This document shows positions 31,425 to 34,753 of a stretch of DNA of 34,753 bases, piece by piece. Source of the stretch: Gammaproteobacteria bacterium (GTDB taxonomy: Bacteria > Pseudomonadota > Gammaproteobacteria > SZUA-229); the NCBI GenBank assembly GCA_026197015.1, contig JAPHRB010000136.1, positions 1 to 34,753 of the forward strand, given 5' to 3'. The notes beneath the pieces are model-generated. The model saw only the letters and a list, made by a program, of their open reading frames with translations. It was not told where the DNA came from and did not search any database. The translations under genes and the position numbers were made by a program. How positions within the stretch are numbered: position 1 is the first letter of the stretch; the number at the start of each line of letters is the position of its first letter.

Positions 31425-31566
31425 TTGTCCGCGAATAAACGCAAATAAACGCAAATAAAAAATAAACACAAATACTTTGGTTTATGCGCCTGTGGCGCAT
31501 TTCACCTCACAGATGTTTTGATTTTGTTTGCGTTAATTCACGTCCATTTGCGGAGAAATTGCTTTT
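31425..31566. repeat. non-coding inverted-repeat element with 10-bp-periodic arms and central hairpin (MITE-like)
   Basis: Left arm TTGTC-CGCGAATAAA-CGCAAATAAA-CGCAAAT (31425-31456); right arm 31526-31557 complementary at 24/32; central ATGCGCC-TGT-GGCGCAT; trailing ATTGCTTTT. Confidence 0.8.
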
Positions 31567-31594
31567 GCTTTAAAAACAGACAGATTATTAATTA

Positions 31595-31963
31595 ATGCCA
31601 AAAGAATATTCCCGATCACAGCGTATGGCCGAACAGGTTCGTAGAGAACTTGCTGAACTAGTGCGTGATGAAATTAAAGATCCCCGTGTAAACTGGGTGT
31701 CTTTTACAGCGGTTAGAGTTAGTCGCGATTTAAGCAATGCAGTCATTTACTTTACTGTGCTCAATGATGATGAACGTGAGCAGGCTGAAGAAGGTTTGAA
31801 TAAAGCGAGTGGTTTTATTCGTAGAGAACTAGGTAAACGTATTCGATCACGTATCGTGCCATCTTTAAGGTTTGTTTATGATGAAAGTATTGAACGCGGC
31901 ACTTCAATGGAATCATTAATTGCTAAAGCACGTTCTAGCGATGCGGATGCATCTGACGATTGA
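31595..31963 (+). CDS. rbfA: ribosome-binding factor A
   Basis: SRSQRMAEQVRRELA, KDPR, VSRDLS, ASGFIR, PSLRFVYDESIERG. Confidence 0.97.
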   Translation: MPKEYSRSQRMAEQVRRELAELVRDEIKDPRVNWVSFTAVRVSRDLSNAVIYFTVLNDDEREQAEEGLNKASGFIRRELGKRIRSRIVPSLRFVYDESIERGTSMESLIAKARSSDADASDD

Positions 31964-31965
31964 TT

Positions 31966-32066
31966 TTTTGATATAGAGACACGGAGGCACAGAGAAAAGC
32001 GGTTTTACTGTTTTGCGTCTAGCGCAAATAATAAAATAAGCACTGTGTCTCGCGTCAAAAGCTTTT
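31966..32066. repeat. degenerate inverted-repeat element with an 8-bp-periodic arm and central hairpin
   Basis: TTTTGA..AGAGACAC-GGAGGCAC-AGAG left arm; CACTGTGTCTCGCGTCAAAA right arm (reverse complement TTTTGACGCGAGACACAGTG); central TTTGCG-TCTAG-CGCAAA; trailing GCTTTT. Confidence 0.55.
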
Positions 32067-32077
32067 AGGTTTTACAC

Positions 32078-32983
32078 ATGGCTCGTAAAAAGAAAGGTCG
32101 CGCCGTTCATGGCGTTGTACTTCTAGATAAACCATTAAAAATTTCCTCCAATCATGCGTTGCAGCGAGTAAAACGTTTGTTTGATGCAAATAAAGCAGGT
32201 CATACTGGTAGCCTGGATCCTCTGGCGAGTGGTATGTTGCCAATTTGTCTGGGCGAAGCGACTAAAGTATCGGCGTTTCTACTGGATGCAGATAAAACCT
32301 ATCGATTCAAATGCCAGTTAGGATCAAAAACGGCTACAGGTGATGCAGAAGGTGAGGTAATAGAAAGTCGACCTTTTGAGCATATACAGTTAGCGGATAT
32401 TGAAAAGTACTTGCCTGAGCTGACCGGCGATATTATGCAGGTGCCGCCAATGTACTCTGCATTAAAAAAAGATGGCCAACGTTTATATGATCTGGCGCGT
32501 CAGGGAATAGAAGTTGAACGTAAAGCCAGACCGGTAACAATTTATACATTAGAGCTGATATCGTTTGAAAATGGTGAAGTTGAGTTAGAAACAAGGTGTT
32601 CTAAAGGCACTTACGTACGAACTTTGGCTGAAGATCTGGGTGAAAAACTGGGCTGTGGTGCCTATGTTACGGAGTTAAGGCGTACATCAGTAGGGCCATA
32701 TAAATCTCAAATGTTAACCATGGATCAGTTAATGGAAATTGCTGAAAGTGGTTTTGCTGCATTAGATGATGTGATGCTAGATATAGACAGTGGTATTGAA
32801 GACTGGCCGATAGTGGAGCTTGATGCAGATAGTGCTTATTATATTAAGCTGGGTCAGCCGGTACAGATAGCGCGTGCTCCGACAGAAGGTTTAGTACGGG
32901 TTTATGATGGTGATCAGTTTATCGGTATTGGGAATATTCAGGATGATGGCCGGGTTGCCCCGAAACGCATGATGAATTTGTAG
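32078..32983 (+). CDS. truB: tRNA pseudouridine(55) synthase
   Basis: LLDKP, KAGHTGSLDPLASG, QVPPMYSALK, CSKGTYVRTL. Confidence 0.98.
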   Translation: MARKKKGRAVHGVVLLDKPLKISSNHALQRVKRLFDANKAGHTGSLDPLASGMLPICLGEATKVSAFLLDADKTYRFKCQLGSKTATGDAEGEVIESRPFEHIQLADIEKYLPELTGDIMQVPPMYSALKKDGQRLYDLARQGIEVERKARPVTIYTLELISFENGEVELETRCSKGTYVRTLAEDLGEKLGCGAYVTELRRTSVGPYKSQMLTMDQLMEIAESGFAALDDVMLDIDSGIEDWPIVELDADSAYYIKLGQPVQIARAPTEGLVRVYDGDQFIGIGNIQDDGRVAPKRMMNL

Positions 32984-32996
32984 TGGACTGAACATC

Positions 32997-33041
32997 TCCA
33001 TCGGGAAAAGGGCGCAAAAAGCGCGACCTTTCCCCGATGGA
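32997..33041. repeat. long GC-rich hairpin after truB
   Basis: TCCATCGGGAAAAGG / CCTTTCCCCGATGGA (14/15) capped by GCGC-AAAAA-GCGC; no U tract. Confidence 0.6.
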
Positions 33042-33128
33042 TAAGTGCCAGAACAGTGTAATATGCTCTTAGATAGAATAATTATGCCAAATCCCTGAAT
33101 AATCAGGGTTTAAGGCGAACAAAAGCTT

Positions 33129-33156
33129 TTGTCGCACCCCTAAACCGTGATAAAAT
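33129..33156 (+). promoter_or_regulatory. candidate rpsO promoter
   Basis: TTGTCG-16 bp-TAAAAT with extended -10 TGn and GC-rich CCCGC discriminator. Confidence 0.55.
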
Positions 33157-33201
33157 CCCGCTTCAATTTTTGAGGCAAACATAAAGTCAGGAGTTTTGAC
33201 A

Positions 33202-33471
33202 ATGTCAATGACAGCTACAGCTAAGGCTGAAGTAGTATCTAAACATGCACGTGCTGAAGGCGATACAGGATCACCAGAAGTACAGGTAGCCCTGTTAACT
33301 ACACGTATAGTGCAGCTTACAGAGCATTTTAAAGAACATAAGCAAGATCACCACTCTCGTCGCGGTCTTTTACGCATGGTAAACCAGCGTCGTAAACTAC
33401 TAGACTATTTAAAGTCTAAAAATACAGATCGTTATAAAGATCTTATTGCAAATCTTGGTCTACGTCGTTAA
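33202..33471 (+). CDS. rpsO: 30S ribosomal protein S15
   Basis: [33 protein letters not shown]; ATG 33202 with AGGAG Shine-Dalgarno gives 89 aa. Confidence 0.98.
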   Translation: MSMTATAKAEVVSKHARAEGDTGSPEVQVALLTTRIVQLTEHFKEHKQDHHSRRGLLRMVNQRRKLLDYLKSKNTDRYKDLIANLGLRR

Positions 33472-33510
33472 CGTTAGCCAACAATTAAATAGATAACTAG
33501 GGTATAACCT

Positions 33511-34753
33511 GTGACAGCAATTAAAAAATCGTTTCAATTTGGGGATCATAACGTAACTATCGAAACCGGCGAGATTGCTCGTCAGGCTTCAGGTGCCGTT
33601 ATGGTAGATATGGATGGTACTGTTGTTCAATGTACCGCTGTAGCTGTAAAAGGTGGAGAGCCTCGGGATTTCTTCCCATTAACTGTTAATTATCAGGAGC
33701 GTACATATGCTGCTGGTAAAATTCCAGGAAGCTTCTTCAAACGTGAAGGTCGTCCATCAGAAAAAGAAACACTGACTAGTCGCCTCATCGATAGACCTAT
33801 CCGTCCTTTATTCCCTAAAGGTTATACCAATGAAGTTCAGGTTATTTGTACAGTAATGTCACTTAACCCGGAAATCGATCCTGATATCGCAGCCTTAATT
33901 GGTACATCAGCAGCGCTCGCTATATCTGGTGCGCCCTTTGCGGGCCCAGTTGGCGCGTGTCGTGTTGGTTACAAAGATGGCGAATACATCCTGAACCCAA
34001 CATACAGTCAACTTGCTGAATCGCAACTTGATTTAGTTGTTGCTGGTACTACTGATGCAGTACTAATGGTTGAATCAGAAGCTGATCAGCTTTCAGAAGA
34101 AGTGATGTTAAATGCGGTTATGTTTGGTCATGAAGCATTTCAGGTCGTTATCAAATCTATACAGGAATTAGCAGACGAAGTCGGCACTCCAGCAATCGAG
34201 TGGACTGCACCAGTTGTTAACGAAGACTTAAACAAGCAGGTTGCTGATGCAGTAACAGCTGATTTAACAACGGCTTACCAGATTTCTGAAAAGCTGGATC
34301 GTTACGCGGCTGTTGATAAAGTTCGCGATGCGGTTGTTGACAAATTAGTATCAGATGACGGTTTCACTAAAGATGAAGTCAAAGGTGCATTTGCTAAAGT
34401 AGAGAAATCAATCGTACGTGGCCGTATCATTTCAGGCGATCCACGTATTGATGGCCGTAAACTTGATGATGTTCGTGCTATCTCTGTTCGTACAGGTGTT
34501 TTACCGCGTACTCATGGTTCAGCATTATTTACACGTGGTGAAACTCAGGCATTAGTTGTTACAACACTTGGTACTTCACGTGATGCGCAAAAAATTGATG
34601 CATTAGAAGGTCAGATTATCGACAACTTTATGTTGCATTATAACTTCCCTCCTTTCTCGGTAGGTGAAGCAGGTCGTGTTGGTACGCCAGGTCGTCGTGA
34701 AATTGGTCATGGTCGTTTAGCAAAACGTGGTGTTTTAGCGTGTATGCCAACAA
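33511..34753 (+). CDS. pnp: polyribonucleotide nucleotidyltransferase (PNPase), 5' part (runs off window end)
   Basis: GTG start, manual translation [30 protein letters not shown]...[50 protein letters not shown]...[14 protein letters not shown]...[11 protein letters not shown]...[10 protein letters not shown]; absent from the ORF track because it is truncated. Confidence 0.97.
   Translation, partial: MTAIKKSFQFGDHNVTIETGEIARQASGAVMVDMDGTVVQCTAVAVKGGEPRDFFPLTVNYQERTYAAGKIPGSFFKREGRPSEKETLTSRLIDRPIRPLFPKGYTNEVQVICTVMSLNPEIDPDIAALIGTSAALAISGAPFAGPVGACRVGYKDGEYILNPTYSQLAESQLDLVVAGTTDAVLMVESEADQLSEEVMLNAVMFGHEAFQVVIKSIQELADEVGTPAIEWTAPVVNEDLNKQVADAVTADLTTAYQISEKLDRYAAVDKVRDAVVDKLVSDDGFTKDEVKGAFAKVEKSIVRGRIISGDPRIDGRKLDDVRAISVRTGVLPRTHGSALFTRGETQALVVTTLGTSRDAQKIDALEGQIIDNFMLHYNFPPFSVGEAGRVGTPGRREIGHGRLAKRGVLACMPT

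Noticed and set aside
31272-31469. 65-aa minus-strand ORF MFIFYLRLFAFIRGQ...
   Set aside because: Its N-terminus is just the translation of the 10-bp repeat arm and the rest is antisense to infB
31425-31473. Tandem 10-bp units considered as a CRISPR array or iterons
   Set aside because: No spacers, units too short and too few, and no cas or rep gene in the window
32055-32243. 62-aa minus-strand ORF at the truB start, considered as possible cargo of the adjacent repeat element
   Set aside because: Antisense to truB, lies essentially outside the arms, and has no GxxExxY or nuclease motif

Overview
Core-genome window from a gammaproteobacterium. A 14-gene nuoA-N operon with separate nuoC and nuoD sits between tRNA-Leu and tRNA-fMet, a layout I associate with Chromatiales/Thiotrichales/Legionellales-like lineages (inference). 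Gene order: partial rfbA and rfbB (minus strand); rlmE-ftsH-folP-glmM-tpiA-secG-tRNA-Leu(GAG); an inserted minus-strand chemoreceptor; nuoA-N; an inserted minus-strand orphan solute-binding protein; tRNA-fMet; rimP-nusA-infB-rbfA-truB-rpsO-pnp (partial). The proteins are ordinary and the interesting signal is intergenic. (1) Small non-coding elements sit inside essential operons (infB/rbfA, nuoI/nuoJ, rbfA/truB); their inverted arms are built from 8-10-bp tandem units around a GCG(C) hairpin and end in AAA..GCTTTT. (2) Two degenerate GTAG REP doublets are present. (3) A tRNA-fMet-derived unit carries both an antisense anticodon arm and a sense 3' half. (4) A multi-hairpin RNA with AGGA loops lies directly upstream of tRNA-Leu. 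I saw no transposase, integrase or CRISPR array.
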